Of a DNA stretch of 64,000 nt, positions 16,801 through 30,020 are shown one piece after another. The translations under genes and the position numbers were made by a program. The DNA comes from Eledone cirrhosa (taxonomy: Eukaryota): positions 357,802,001 to 357,866,000 of the forward strand of contig OZ024740.1 in NCBI GenBank assembly GCA_964016885.1. The letters run 5' to 3'. The notes under the pieces are model-generated. The model did not search any database. It was not told where the DNA came from and saw only the letters and a program-made list of their open reading frames with translations. Positions within the stretch are counted from its first letter, which is position 1, and the number at the start of each line of letters is the position of its first letter.

Positions 16801-17689
16801 ATACATTTTATCATGCCACCAACACTATACAGGTTGTCAAATCCTTAACTGGGCTAAAGAGTCCTCACTTCCCCACATTATCTTGGTTTGTTTGTAACCA
16901 TTTTTCAGGGGAGCACTGAATGTTTCATTATGACACCAATACTAGACAGGCTTAAAGGAACCTTTCCACTCCATATAGTCGCCAATCATTTGCCATATTT
17001 ACCTTTAGCACCACAGTGCTTATACTGGAACTGGTGAGTTAGTCTTCTCTAGTACAGCAAGTTTCCAGTCAGTCAACACGTTCTTGTGCCATCTCCACTG
17101 TGACATTCAATTTCTTCAGTGTGCATGTAGGAGTATGAATAATTATTATTACATCTAAATTTTCATTCACTAGAAAGATGCCTTCTTCTAAATTATATTT
17201 AACTATTTTGCTCACAAATCTGCTCAATCTACCATCTTATAGACACTCAATATTTGCCATATACAGTGTCTTGTAATATTGCTTCCTGTTCCAGGATCAG
17301 TGGGTAACTGCAAAACCCAGAGTTGCAGTAGACAGCAATCTCCATAATATAATAGAAATATATATTATACTCTACTTAGGTATTGAGTATCTTTCCTCAT
17401 GATTGCAAATCAAAATGTAGACATACAACCTCAAGTTTGTAATTATAGATGTAATGTATATGCAACATACATTTGTAAATACTAGTTTGAGAATTTATAT
17501 AACTGAGTGGATAAAGTTTAGACGTCTAGCTTACCAGTTCTATATTCATATTTACTGTAGTAGTTTCATTAGTTTGTGAAGGAGATCCCTTCATTCTGTA
17601 TGTCTTAGCTCATAATACTGTTAGAAAGAGATGAGATCTTACAATTAACAAATGAGTAAACCAGGAAAAGATTCATACCCTTACCCTTT

Positions 17690-17946
17690 TAATCCTTTCA
17701 TTACCATATTTCTAATGAAAGACCTATGTGTTTCAATTAATTTTGAAAGTAACTAAACATCTGGGGCAATTTAATAAAATAACTACGTTTTCATTAATAA
17801 GCTGATAACTAAATCATTACATAAGAAATTTTTTAAAAATAAAATTATTATGAATGGCTTTAATATAAGTATAAACATTTTATAATGAGCAGTTTTGTAT
17901 CATAAATCCAAAGAAGTTTCAGGTGGGTTGGCACCAAAACGGTTAA
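17690..17946. mobile_element. piggyBac-type MITE, family B (related copies near 1171-1430, 18780-18969, 27645-28080)
   Basis: TTAA(T)CCTTTCATTACCATATTTCTAATGAAA ... AAAACGGTTAA; recurring interior. Confidence 0.6.
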
Positions 17947-20650
17947 CCCTAGTACAGCTGGAGCAAAGCACTACTTTCTTATGTCCATCCAAACTTGTGG
18001 AGACATTTCTATAATAGATAAATTTCATATATAATTTTATGTTTTCATATTACTCAGCAGTCATAAATTTCTCTTTTGAATAATAATAGTAATCTATTGT
18101 GCCATAGGTAATAGATAACTACCATTTCATAACAGAAATGGATGGTGCTTGAGAAATATGTAACAAGAAAAAAAAAACTTAGTTTGAACATACCTGTTCA
18201 ATGGTGAATCTCTTTAACCCTTGTGTTGTAGGGCAACTTCGGAAGATTTTTATCTTTTAACAGTTCAAACCTTGCTAGCAAGGAAAATAGATGTTGAGTG
18301 ATGATGATACAGTGACTGGCAGAGTACATCCTTATTCAAGCTAAACTAGAAATGTTGATTTTTTTTCTGTCCTATAAATTAATGTGACCATTATCAATTT
18401 TGAATTGCTGTATGGTAAATGTAGATTTGAAGATAAACTCTCTCTCTCATAGTCGACAAAGCCTGCCAGTTTCAATCTCCAGTGGTGGCCATTTCTTTTT
18501 GCTTGTAATATTATTACAACTTACAACTGTAGGTTTAGCTGGTTTTCTATGAGGTTGCATCTCATAAGTTTTGTACGTGTTTTAATGATGGATGCCTACT
18601 CATATGGCATTACAATAACACTAATGTCTTAAGGCATCAACACACCATTCTTTTAAAAAACATTTTTTTACATTGCCATCTTAAGACATAGCAGTAATAG
18701 TTTACAGCTAGTTTATATCTGTTTGCTATTGACTGTAGCTATTTTATTCACTCACTTAAGACTTTCAGTTGGATCAAATACTTAGATAGCAAACTAGCTG
18801 AAACCTACCTTATATGAAACTACTTGTTTTAAAATGTTTATATGTATCTAAAAACCTTCCATCATAATTTTATTAAGAACGTTTATGTTTTAAGCATCAA
18901 CTATTTTCAAAATGATTTGAAAAACATAAGCAGTGTCTTTCATTAAAAACATGGTTATGAAAGGGTTAACTAACAGAATTAACAAATTGAAATAAAGATT
19001 TTCTCTTTGATATGCTAACACTGGTAGGATCTCATTAAAATTGAGATTACTGCCATAAGGTTGATTTAGGTTGCAAGCATATATGAATATTTATAATAAT
19101 GCATTTGGCAGGTAGAATTAATCTGTTCCTCAGTTTAATGCTAAAACCTGCCCCTAAGTTATCTTTATCGGAATCCATGTTGCAATCATTCAGGCCAGAT
19201 TAAAATCATTTGCTCAAGATGCCACTCAGTGGGATTAAACTTGGGATATTATGATTGCAAAACAAACTTCTTAACCACACTGTCATTTCCTAAGTCCATC
19301 CTAAGATAAATGCAATTGACTAGACTAGCAATCTACAAAATATCCATCTAAAAAACAGTTAACATGGAATAAAGGATAATCATTAGTTGTAGCTTTGGGT
19401 AGAAGTTAAAAAGTAGAGATTTTTATGTTGCACTTCATGAAGACTGTTAGTTGGTGTAAAACACTGCCACCTATACTATAAGTGTATGCTTGTACAGATA
19501 ACTGACCTCTTTACTCATTATGGTTCCTCATTTCTTTGAGAAATGATTGTCTTATACCCATGAGGCCTACATGTCATGTCCCAAAGCCGCATTGAATGAT
19601 TGTGAATTCATTACCATAATTCAATCTCCAAAACTTTTGGTCTTACCAATATTACGCATAAATAATTTATTCAAAGCAGAAGATTCATTTTGTTACTACT
19701 GCAAATTTTGCCATGACATTAATCAAGTCACTTTCTAGAAGATAATAGTATTTGGAAAACTGAGTTGCAATGGAATAAAACCTTAATTTTGAATAAAGAA
19801 ATAAACTCTACTACATGTAATTTATAACCACTCCTCTGACTCCATTTGTACATATAAACACATCTAAACAAAAGTTTGTAGGATGTATACAACTGAATTA
19901 GAAAGTATATTTTTCAGGTGTATTGCATTTGAAGAGCTTGGGTAATTTTTAATTTGACAGTCTCTTTCTGATACTCTGCTCTTATTACTTTGGATGAAAT
20001 TATATTTAAGACAGTTTCCACAACAAATGTAAAAGATAGTATGTTTACATAGCATATGATATATAATCAACTATTAGTGTGGTGAAAATATTTTTAAAAT
20101 GTTCTTTGCTATAAATTATGATGCAGAAAATATGGCAATGTTTATTCTTTGCTTGTTCCTTTTTTTTTTAAATCTGAAACAAAGAAAAAGCACTATTTAC
20201 CTCCCCCATCACACATAGTAACTAGAGTTTTTAATCAATAGAGATTTCACCATTGACATTGTAAATGTACATTTTGTCACAGTTACAAAAGAAAGTGAGC
20301 ACTTCAACATTTTTGTCTGAAAATCATGTTCACGTGCACACACTGTAAAATTTATAGTTACTATTTTTGTGGAACACTATAGAGTACAAATATGCTTGTC
20401 AAGTCTTCAAAAGTGCTCATGGTTTAAATTGCTAGTTAAAGTCCTCATCTTCCACCGCCATAAAAAAAATCATGTCACTGATGTATGAACATCACAAATC
20501 ATATTCTTTGATGTTAATGTGGTACTAAATCAAAATTGGTGAAAATAATATTGTTAAGCTTCTGTTATAGCAATATATTACAATGCCTGTAGTTGATGCA
20601 AAGACAAATATCCTTATTTGATGTCAGAAATATTAATTCACTATTTAGTA

Positions 20651-20899
20651 CAGATGTTCTCAAAGTGGGGAGAAGGTCCAGGGGGGTGCTGGGCCCTAAG
20701 GGAGTGGTAGAGATGATATGATAGATATTATATATAAATATAGTAAAATAAAAAATATATAATATTTATTTATACATAGTATATATTATATATAAATTAA
20801 CAATTTTATTTATTATATACTATTTACAATTTGCATGTAAGCAGGTCTCTTTGGAAATAGGGTTGGGGGGCAGTGGCCCAAAATGTTTGAGAACCTGTG
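20651..20899. mobile_element. hAT-type MITE
   Basis: TIRs CAGATGTTCTCAAA / TTTGAGAACCTGTG; perfect 8-bp TSD ATTTAGTA; uninterrupted version of the element at 55976-58238. Confidence 0.88.
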
Positions 20900-21204
20900 A
20901 TTTAGTAAATGACAATAGTCTCTAAACTTTTCAGTTCAATCTTCTTCGAATTGACACAACTACATGGACACAATTTTCTCCAATAAAAGATGTCCAACAT
21001 TCTATTTCAATGTTGATTTTTTTTTATTAAATGAATAACAATTTTTTACCTGTTTATTTAGCAAAGGTGTTTGAAGATTTTTTTTTTCCAATTTGATACT
21101 AGTGGACCAGTGTCATCAATTATGATGGCAATAATATTTAATGTATTGAATTTTTGGAGTTCAGCATTGGTATATCAGATATACCAGGATTATTGGATAT
21201 ATAA

Positions 21205-21393
21205 GGGCGGTGGATTGGCAGTATCAGTAGAGGGTTGGACGCTATGCTTAGCAGAAAAGAGTTACGTCCCTTTATAATCCGAGTTCAAATCCCGCCGAGG
21301 TTAACTTTGCCTTTCATCCTTACGGGATCGATAAAATAAAGTACCAGTAATACACTGGGTAATTGCTGGCCTTGTGCCAAAAGTAGAAACAAT
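21205..21393 (+). mobile_element. Full-length tRNA-derived SINE (Meta-domain-like). Other copies at ~14800-14945(-), 16030-16150(-), 25760-25905(-), 33668-33770, 34380-34500, 35596-35775(-), 53905-54200(-), 55545-55755, 57923-58100, 59895-60030, 60770-60900(-)
   Basis: A-box-like TGGCAGTATCAGTAG, B-box GAGTTCAAATCCC, conserved core, flanking direct repeat TTATTGGATATAT. Confidence 0.88.
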
Positions 21394-22416
21394 TATTGGA
21401 TATATGAACATTTATAGAAACTCGGAAATTTGAGTGTTGATAAATTTATGGTTTGCATAAAAGAAACACTAGTTTATGTTGATACTGACACATGGAAGTG
21501 ATTAAAGATGACAATATTTTAATAATTCATTTCTAGGATATGATTATGTAACTATTCAGTATGTATACTTTGAAGAAATAACTTTACAAGGACAATTGTC
21601 GGATTAGAACCCAAGACCTTGCAACTGGAAAACAACAACTTATTGTAGTAACATGGCTGTGTGTGCATGTTTGAACTTTAAAGAGTTACAGATAGAGATA
21701 TATTTATATATATAAATATACACATGGTTGATGATGGTAAAGCAACTTGTGATAGATATGTATTTAAAGCTTTAGTCATGGGATTGTCTATATTCATGGT
21801 CTTAACTGGCTTAGAGTCGAGTGGCATGATAGCATAATTGTGATTATTGAACAGCAGAAAAATAAAAACACTTTATATTTTTCTATCAATACATAAATGG
21901 GCATTTATGTACTATGGAAGATACATTGATGTTTTAAAAGTCAGTTCTTAGATTAAGCAAACCTATGGTGAAAGGCGTTCCAGCAGTGATCATCTGATTA
22001 TTTTTACAGATATACAATCTCATTACATTATTCAATGTGAACTTTCTTTAGACAGTAATGTGTGATTTAAGGAAGATTTAGTTGCCATTTCTAGCAGAAC
22101 ATGTAATCATGTAGAAACTATTTCACAAGTGTTTCTAATGACTGAGAAAACCACAAATATTTCAACTTGCCATTTCTTGTTCTTAAGTTTCTAAAGTATA
22201 ACTCTGAACTGGTAAAGAAGAAAAAAAAGAATTGGTTCTTTGTATGGAACAGTTACAATGTGTCTCATCCAATGTCTCTTTTGATGCTTTGTAAGCAATC
22301 AATATAAAATTGCATTTTCAGTTTATTCCTCTAATGGTACTTGATATTCAAGCTATGTAAAACAAATTCCTGACAAGTTGAGACCACAACACTGTCTTAA
22401 CTCTTAATGTCCTATA

Positions 22417-22618
22417 TCACATGAAACTGCATTAGCAAAGCATTCTTGAAAAACACAAACAAAACAGCTTTGACTGCATCACACGAAAAATTAATGTCTC
22501 TACTCTAACACTGCAAATTTTCATAAAGATCTGTCCACACGATACTATAAACATTTGAATTAACAAACTCATATTTAGACAATATTCTGCTAAATTTTTA
22601 CAAGATATTGAGAGTTAA
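22417..22618. mobile_element. TTAA-flanked MITE, family C (related copies ~14448-14620 and ~22773-22970)
   Basis: TTAACTCTTAATGTC ... GATATTGAGAGTTAA termini; shared interior. Confidence 0.6.
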
Positions 22619-23434
22619 TTTTCAGTTAAGTATTTTTCGCTTATACTGTAAATGCTGTTGAGAAGGGAATGGACATCATAACCCATTTACACCTACCTTT
22701 AGAATAACAGGAATCTGCTTAGTCAAAACAAAAACAATAATAGTTGTGATATCAATTACTCCACAAGAAGATTTAACTCTTAATGTGCTATACCACATGA
22801 AACCACAAGACATTCTTGGAAAGTACAAAACAGCACTATGACTGCATCACTTAGTTTACTGCAAATTTTCACAATGATCTGTCATTCACTAACATAGATA
22901 CTATAAATGTTTGAATTAACAAACCTGTTTTTTTTTTTTTTATATTTGAATTTTCTGCTAAATTTTTTTAGGCTCTTAAATGTGAAGCATTAATATGAAT
23001 TAATGAAACATTGCTCCCATTCTTTATTAGTGATGCACAACAAAGTACAAATAGAGCTGGCACTACCATTAAAGTCAATTTGGATGTTGATCTCAGAAGT
23101 GCATCTTAAGCGAGAAGTTTGTATGTTGTTATGATTTATCACATGATTTGGCATGGGTGAATGTGGACTGTGAAATGGAAAATGCAGACTTAGTAATTTT
23201 CATAGTGTGGTTAGAGCAAGAAATGTCAAAAACTAGGTCTGCCAGCTTACCTAATTATAAACTGTAGTTATTTTAGTTAGGAGAATGGGGCACACGTGTT
23301 AGCCTAGAGTGTTAAATATCCAGATGTTAATGCCGAGTCCAGGTAAACCAGCAATAGTACATACCAAAGTTTGGTGGTTCATAGCAAGTTTCATAAGACC
23401 AAGAAAATCACAAATATTTTATGTAAGGCAATAC

Positions 23435-23840
23435 AATCCTCATCCTCATCCAATGTCTATTTTCCATGCGAGCATGGGTTGCCCTGTTGTGAGACAAACC
23501 AGATCCGACGACCAGGACTGGTTTTGGCTTGGTTTCTATGGTTGCATGCCCTTACTAACGCCAACCACATTTACAGTGTGTGCTGGGTGCTTTTTGTCAT
23601 GACACCTACACGACCACTTTATAGTGAGGGCTGGATGCTTTTTGTTGTGACATCTACATGACCACTTTACAGTGTGGGATAGGCACTGTGTTGCTATCCA
23701 TCTTGACTACTTTACAGTGTAGGCTGGGGACTTGGGAGGGGTAAACCTACTGGCGTGTGTGAGGAGGTGGGTGTTCAGGCATGAGTAGAGGGTCAGGACA
23801 TGAGCGGTGCAAGAGTGGGAGGGACATGGACGAAGAGATG
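23435..23840 (-). mobile_element. RTE 3'UTR-derived element with short tandem units
   Basis: TTTCCATGCGAGCATGGG tail and CCACTTTACAGTG..GCTGG repeats matching the RTE 3'UTR at 63720-64000 in the opposite orientation. Confidence 0.7.
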
Positions 23841-24144
23841 GATAAAATAAGTACTGGGTCGATACAATCGACTAAAATCTGTCTAAAGTGATGCCTCAAC
23901 ATGGCTGCAATAATGACTGAAATTAATAAGAGAATAAAAGCATAAAATATTTCAGAATAAATACCTGATAATTATGTAGTGAAATTGACAAAAATATTTT
24001 TAATAAATTTTATTTATATATAATCATTAAGTCACTTCAGGATGGAATCACATGAGGAAAAAAAAAAATAATAATGAGGGCCTTCAGGAATTAATGTATG
24101 CTTTTATATCATCACAAATTCATATAGAAAATTAATTACAAAAT

Positions 24145-25340
24145 TATCGAGCCCAAGCTAGCTGATGAAGAGTGCGGTTTTCATCCCGGATGTAGCACAG
24201 CCAACCAAATATTCACACTGCAGCAGGTCTTCAAGAAATCATGGTATGATAGCATAATTGTGATTATTGCCAAGAGGTCATTCTTGTTCTGTAGACCTCA
24301 AAAAGACATAAGACTGCATTCCACACAACCTGCTGTGGAAGGTTCTGCAGGGGTATGGGATAGACGGTGAGCTTCTTGTACTGATGCCTCTATATGAATG
24401 CTCAAGTATTTGTGATCAGATAAATGGTGCTAAATCGAAACCATTCAATGTGGGCGTTAGACTCTGCTAAGAGTGTATACTGTCACCTCTCATGAACAGG
24501 ATTGACATACGCAACCAGGTTGGAAGTGATATCACGATTGGCAGGTGTAAAATCAGTCAGCAGAGACACAGTGTTACTTAACTTGACAGGTGATCTCTGA
24601 CTTGCACTTGATAGGTTTGCTGTCAAGTATTGCATGGCAGGAATGAAAATCTGTGGTGCGAAAACTGAGACACTCGTCCTCTCAAGGAAGCCTGTGCAGT
24701 GCACTCTACATGTGAATGGAGTTCCACTGAAGTAGGTGAAGAAGTTGAAGTATCTTGGGGCCATGTTCACAAGTGATGGAAGGCAAGAAGCTGAATTAAG
24801 TGCAAGAATTGCAGAAGCTGGTGTAGTAATGCGCCAGCTTCAGTATTCAGAAGAAGAGAGGTAGGTGTAAAAGCCAAACTCGCCATCTTCAATTTGGTAT
24901 TCGTGCCAACCTTTACCTACGATCATGAATCTTGGGTAATGAGCGAAAGAATAAGATCGTGAATACAAGCAGCCAAAATGGGGTTTCTCCGAAGGGTGTT
25001 TGGAGTAATGTTACTCGATAGAGTGTGTAGCTCGTGGATCAGAGAGTCACTCCAGGTAGAGCTACTACTTCTCTGAATTGGGAGATCACAGCTCTGATAC
25101 TATGGGCATGTGGTTAGAATGTTTCAGGACAAAATCGACAGATTTTATGGGCAAAACCAACCGGCAAGAGAACTAGGGGCAGAGCCCAAGCAAGATGTTT
25201 GGATAACATCCATAAGTTTGGCTGGTCTTGCTTGTGGATCCAGCTGGATCAATTGGAGATGGTCGCTTCTGACAGGACTTGCTGGTGTTCGAGGACTCTG
25301 CTCCCACAACCCTCTCAGGAATAAGTGGCGAAGAAGAATG
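24145..25340 (+). mobile_element. Degenerate RTE-clade LINE 3' half, Rex3/Expander-like
   Basis: Remnants IEPKLADEECGFHPGCSTANQIFTLQQV, VDLKK and VKKLKYLGAMFTSDGR; 3' end CTGCTCCCACAACCC..GGAATAAGTGGCGAAGAAGAATGA resembles a Rex3 tail; multiple stops. Confidence 0.8.
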
Positions 25341-25999
25341 ATTACAAAATTATGGTTCGAATTTATTATAGTCAAACTGAATGAAATAGAAATATGATTG
25401 ATAGATTGATTGAATGAGGGAAAAAAATTTGATGTTGAATATTAACAATTATGTTCATAGATCCCATGTATGAGTAAATATAATAATTTACTTGACTGAA
25501 TTTTGTGAAGATCGAAAAGCAACTTTTGATGATGCAAAATAAAATCTCAACAAGGAAACAAATGGCATTATAAGATATGTTATGGTCCTGTAATTCCCGA
25601 GGGAGTTGTAGTGGGCCGTATTCACATACAGCATTACTGGGGCATTTTTATCTTGGCATTTTGAACAGGTCTGAATACAGCAGATTTCTTCCAGAGAAGG
25701 ATAGAGAGTGAGGGAATGGAAGTGAGAAAGAGATATAGCGGAAGGATTGATGCCAGTACTAGACTGGTGTTTTTTTTTTTATCAACCTTGAATGGATGAA
25801 AGGCAAAGTTGACCTCGGCGGGATTTGAACTTAGAAAGTAGAGCTGGAATGAAGACCACAAAGCATTCTTTCCAACGTTCTAATGACTGCCAATTCATCG
25901 TCTTAAGGAAACAAACAGACAATTAAATAAGACTAAATCTTACAACAAAGAAACAGACACACATATACAAACAAACTATAAAACAGTATGTTAACAAAA

Positions 26000-26430
26000 A
26001 AGCAGTTATCAACAGTTTAGTGTATATAATTCAGAAGAAATTGTCCACATACAAAAATATTTAATATTTCCCAATGTAAACAGGTTCTGTGAATGTATGC
26101 ATTTATAACCAATTCAAGCTCCTGCTTTGAACCCAAAACAATAAATAGTGTACAGCAATTTAAGGTATATATTTCATACATAATTTAATTCCATACATAA
26201 CTAAGGTAAACCTTAGTAGTGCAGTAGTTTACTTGGTCCCCTAAATAAATTGAAAATTTTTTGGTACAAAAACATTTCTTTTTATAGATTTAAGATTAAC
26301 ACACACTTAAAGAGTAAGATACCATCATTAGCCATGGGAAAACATAGTTACAGAACTATATTCTATTGGATGTATGTAAACCATTGCTTTGTGATTTTAA
26401 TACATTCAGAGTAAAAATCGTATCATACTT

Positions 26431-26461
<31 letters not shown>

Positions 26462-27393
26462 AAAAGTGTTTTCTCTTCAAACAGAAAGTCAATTTTTATC
26501 CACACATGAAATGATCAAATAAAAGTAATCCCAGATGGTATACCATGAGCAACAGTATATACCATTTTCATATATTTTGACCTTGACACAAACTGTTTAG
26601 TCCTAGGTCAACCTTGATCAAGCAGAGCTCAGGTCAAAAGTATTCCAGTCATGACCAGAGTATCTAGGGCCACATTATCAAATGTGTCCTTCTTTTAAAA
26701 TGGTAGTGTGATTTGATGAAGATTTGATTGCTATTTCTAGCAGGCCAAGTAACTGCATAGAAAATATCCCTAATCTTCTATTTATTATTTATCTGACAAA
26801 ATTAGTTTTACTTCTTTGCTTCGAGTTTGGCTGGCATTTCTAAGGGGTCAACAAACAACTACGTAGAAAAATCGATCAACTTTGTAAGAGCTATCACCAT
26901 TATCACCATCTTCCTAAAGAGAATCTTTATAATGAATTGGAAAAAAGAAAATGTTGTTTAGTCATTTGACATCTGAAATGAAGTAAAGTGTGTGTAAATA
27001 ATTTCACTTTACCTTTGTATTGAAGATCTGCATGAGAAGACAGTGAGCTACGCAATAGTGAAGGGAATCTAGCCTGAATTTAAAAGCTACACTCATGATA
27101 ATGAATCCCCATCCTTCCCTTTCTCTTAAAAATAAAAAAAAAATATATTCCAAGGATTGATGAATTCCCAAATTATTTAAGATTATTGGCCAGAAGTAAA
27201 CCCATAGCATGAAATAATATGTCCATATATTAAAAATATGGACATAAGCTGATCACTAACACTGGATGTTAGGATGAAGGAATTTCTTTAACAAGGTAAA
27301 AAAAAAAATATAAAAACAGAAACACAATCAAAGTTATTTCTGTTAAAATCTTTAGTGTGTGTAGGTCTTCAGTAAATGTCGAGGTTGGTCAGT
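26000..27393 (-). other. GFPT1: Putative non-coding terminal (3'UTR) exon of GFPT; lower boundary uncertain
   Basis: Strong minus-strand acceptor TTTTTTGTTTTTTTCTTTCCCTTCAG ending at 27394; candidate GTAAGC donor at 39006 just after the GFPT stop. Confidence 0.4.
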
Positions 27394-28299
27394 CTGAAGG
27401 GAAAGAAAAAAACAAAAAAATATTATAAAAACAAAAAATAAGAGATAAGGAACAAAAATATTGTACTTTTACCCTTCAGCATTCACAATGCTTACTGTAT
27501 TAGATGGGTTCATATATTCATTCAGAAATTATAACAAGCTAAAAGTTTATAAAAACATTTGACATGTGTAATTTGATAGCCTACCATTTATTATCAAAAG
27601 ATGACACATCAACATAAATATCAATTATTCATGTAATAAAATGTAACCCTTTTGATACCAAAACACCTGCAACAGCCTTTGGTTTTATGATACAAATATC
27701 TATATTTAAACCAGCTCTATCCAGCTAGAATTCTCTCACCTCTTTCTGTTCAAAACGGTTGTAACCTGCTGCTCATACTGATGTTAAGGTATGGTTCTCA
27801 AAATATATATCATCAAAATTTCATAAATTCGATATCATGTGAGATAATTATGTGAGGTAAAGCCTTTACCATGAAAATATAATAGTAAATATAGAGTAAT
27901 GTAAATTTTAAAGGGTTAAAGTGTTTATATTTATCTAAAAACCGTCCGTAGTAATTTTATATAAGAAACTTTGTTTATGTCCCAAACACCAGTTTAATAA
28001 ATCCCTCCAAATTCTTCATTATTTTCAAAAGGATTTGAAAATCACAGACATTCATTAGAAATATGGTCACAAAAGGGTTATTTCATTAATTTATTTATTG
28101 CTTTGAGAATGTTGATTGATTGAAATGGTTTACACCTTTTACTTGCAATGTCTTTGCACTGTGATTAAAAGAAAAAAAAAATTATCTTACAAGGCCTAAC
28201 TTCAGGAAATAAATGAAAATATTGGTAATATAGCACCAGCAAATCAATGGGCCAACCTTCCAACATTAAGATGTTAGTAATAGTGATTTCTAACATAGG

Positions 28300-28640
28300 C
28301 ACAAGGCCTCAAATATGGGGGAGGGGTATAGTAGATTGCATCCTTCTCTCCTCAGTACATATGTATGAATGAAAGCATTCATTACTGGCACTATTGGTTC
28401 CGATGATGAGTGTTCCACTTGATTTGATCATGAAATTAACATGCATGTGGCTGAGTATTCCACAGACATATGGACTCATAGCATAGTTCTCAGGGAGATT
28501 CATTATAACACATTGTGTAACAAGGCTGGCCCTTTGAATGATAATACAACTTATTTTTGTCAACTGAATGGACTGGAGCAATATGAAATAAAATGTTTTG
28601 TTCAAGGACACAATGCACAACTGGGAATCAAACTCATGAC
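28300..28640 (-). mobile_element. Second tRNA-derived SINE family (related copies ~31400-31715 and 54640-54900)
   Basis: Minus-strand GTCATGAGTTTGATTCCC B-box followed by GTGTCCTTGAACAAAACATTTTATTTCATATTGCTCCAGTCC core. Confidence 0.65.
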
Positions 28641-29109
28641 TTAAATATATATAGTATTTGTCGCCTGTTAACACGGGTTAGACAGGTTATCACAAACCAA
28701 GTTAGTACTTAATCAGAGATACTGTCCCCTCAGACAGGCTGGGGGAGAAGAGTCATGTCACACGTTTCGGCTTTATGGTTTCTACAGCTGGATACCCTTC
28801 CAATCATTAACCATTTTATCATGGCACAAGAACAAGGAAAGTTGTCATGGTTTATTTGGCATAATTTCTATGTTTAAATGCCCTTCTTAACTCCAGAGAG
28901 TAGTGGGTATATTTTGTGACACCAGCACTTGGGAGGTTGTCAGAGCCTTCTCAACCTCATTCTATAAATACCAGTTAAGTGTCAGCCATTTTATGGAGTG
29001 TATTGAGTCCATTTTATAGTGGTGCCAACATTTGGGGTGGGCTTATTCCAAGGCAGAAGGGAGAATAGGAGAGGGTTAAGATAGGACAAGGGTGTTATAT
29101 AAGTATGAG

Positions 29110-29340
29110 AAAGGTCTTACTGAGTGATGCTAAGACACTCTCGGCCTTGACAATTTTAGAGATGTGCTTTGTCCAATGCAATTAATGCCCAAGTCATGTT
29201 CACAGGAGATTGGTGTTGTGGAGGGAGTATGTGAAAGCTGGCTTTTCCTCCCAAAATGCACTTGTCCACAGCCAGCTTGAGTTGCCAGTCCGTAATTGCG
29301 TCCAGGTCTGATCGCAGGAAAGACCCGGCTTTCTATCGGA
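29110..29340 (-). mobile_element. CR1-type LINE fragment
   Basis: 29110-29181 is the reverse complement of 45461-45535; minus frame LRSDLDAITDWQLKLAVDKC. Confidence 0.8.
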
Positions 29341-29645
29341 ACAAGCTGAAGCATATCGATAGTATGCCCCCATCCCCTCCCACTGCAAAGTGGTCGTGGA
29401 GGTGTCATGACAAAAAAAGCACCCAGCCCACACTATAAAGTGGTCGTGTACCACGAAAAAAAAAAGCACCCAGCACTCACTGTAAATGAGGTTGGTGTTA
29501 GGAAGGGCATCCAACTATAGAAATCAAGTCAAAATGAGTTCCCGTATGAGCAAGACAAGGTCACCCGACCTGACATTTCCCACGACAGGACAACCTATCT
29601 AATCCATGCTAGCATGGAAGAATGGACCTAAAACAGTGATGATAT
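29341..29645 (+). mobile_element. RTE LINE 3'UTR copy
   Basis: Collinear with 63712-64000; ends in a GAT tail followed by (TA)n. Confidence 0.85.
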
Positions 29646-29986
29646 ATATATATATAAACACACACATCTATCTATATATATGTATACAGAGAGAGTGTGA
29701 AAGACCAAAGCTCATTACTTTTGTAGATATGTATATTTCACAAGGGTCTTTTTTATTCAAGGAGGTAAGAAATTCTTAATATATTCTATAATCCATATTT
29801 TTAATTTACAATTTTATGGTAAATTGTATACACTGAAATTGAGGGGATTTTTTTGAAAATGTTATTTATTCGTTATAAAATTTAAATGATAGTATTGCAG
29901 TTGTGGGTTGGCCCCTTTGTCTCCTCTTGGCAACCAATATTTTTAGATCTAATCTACCACTGTGTATATCTATCTATCTATCTATA

Positions 29987-30020
<34 letters not shown>

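Noticed and set aside
12100-21100. Additional protein-coding gene between the two convergent genes
   Set aside because: No recognisable coding exons; only repeats and T-rich UTR-like stretches. An extended MKK3/6 UTR or lncRNA cannot be excluded without RNA data.
21205-21300. tRNA gene
   Set aside because: A/B boxes belong to the head of a multi-copy SINE; no cloverleaf.
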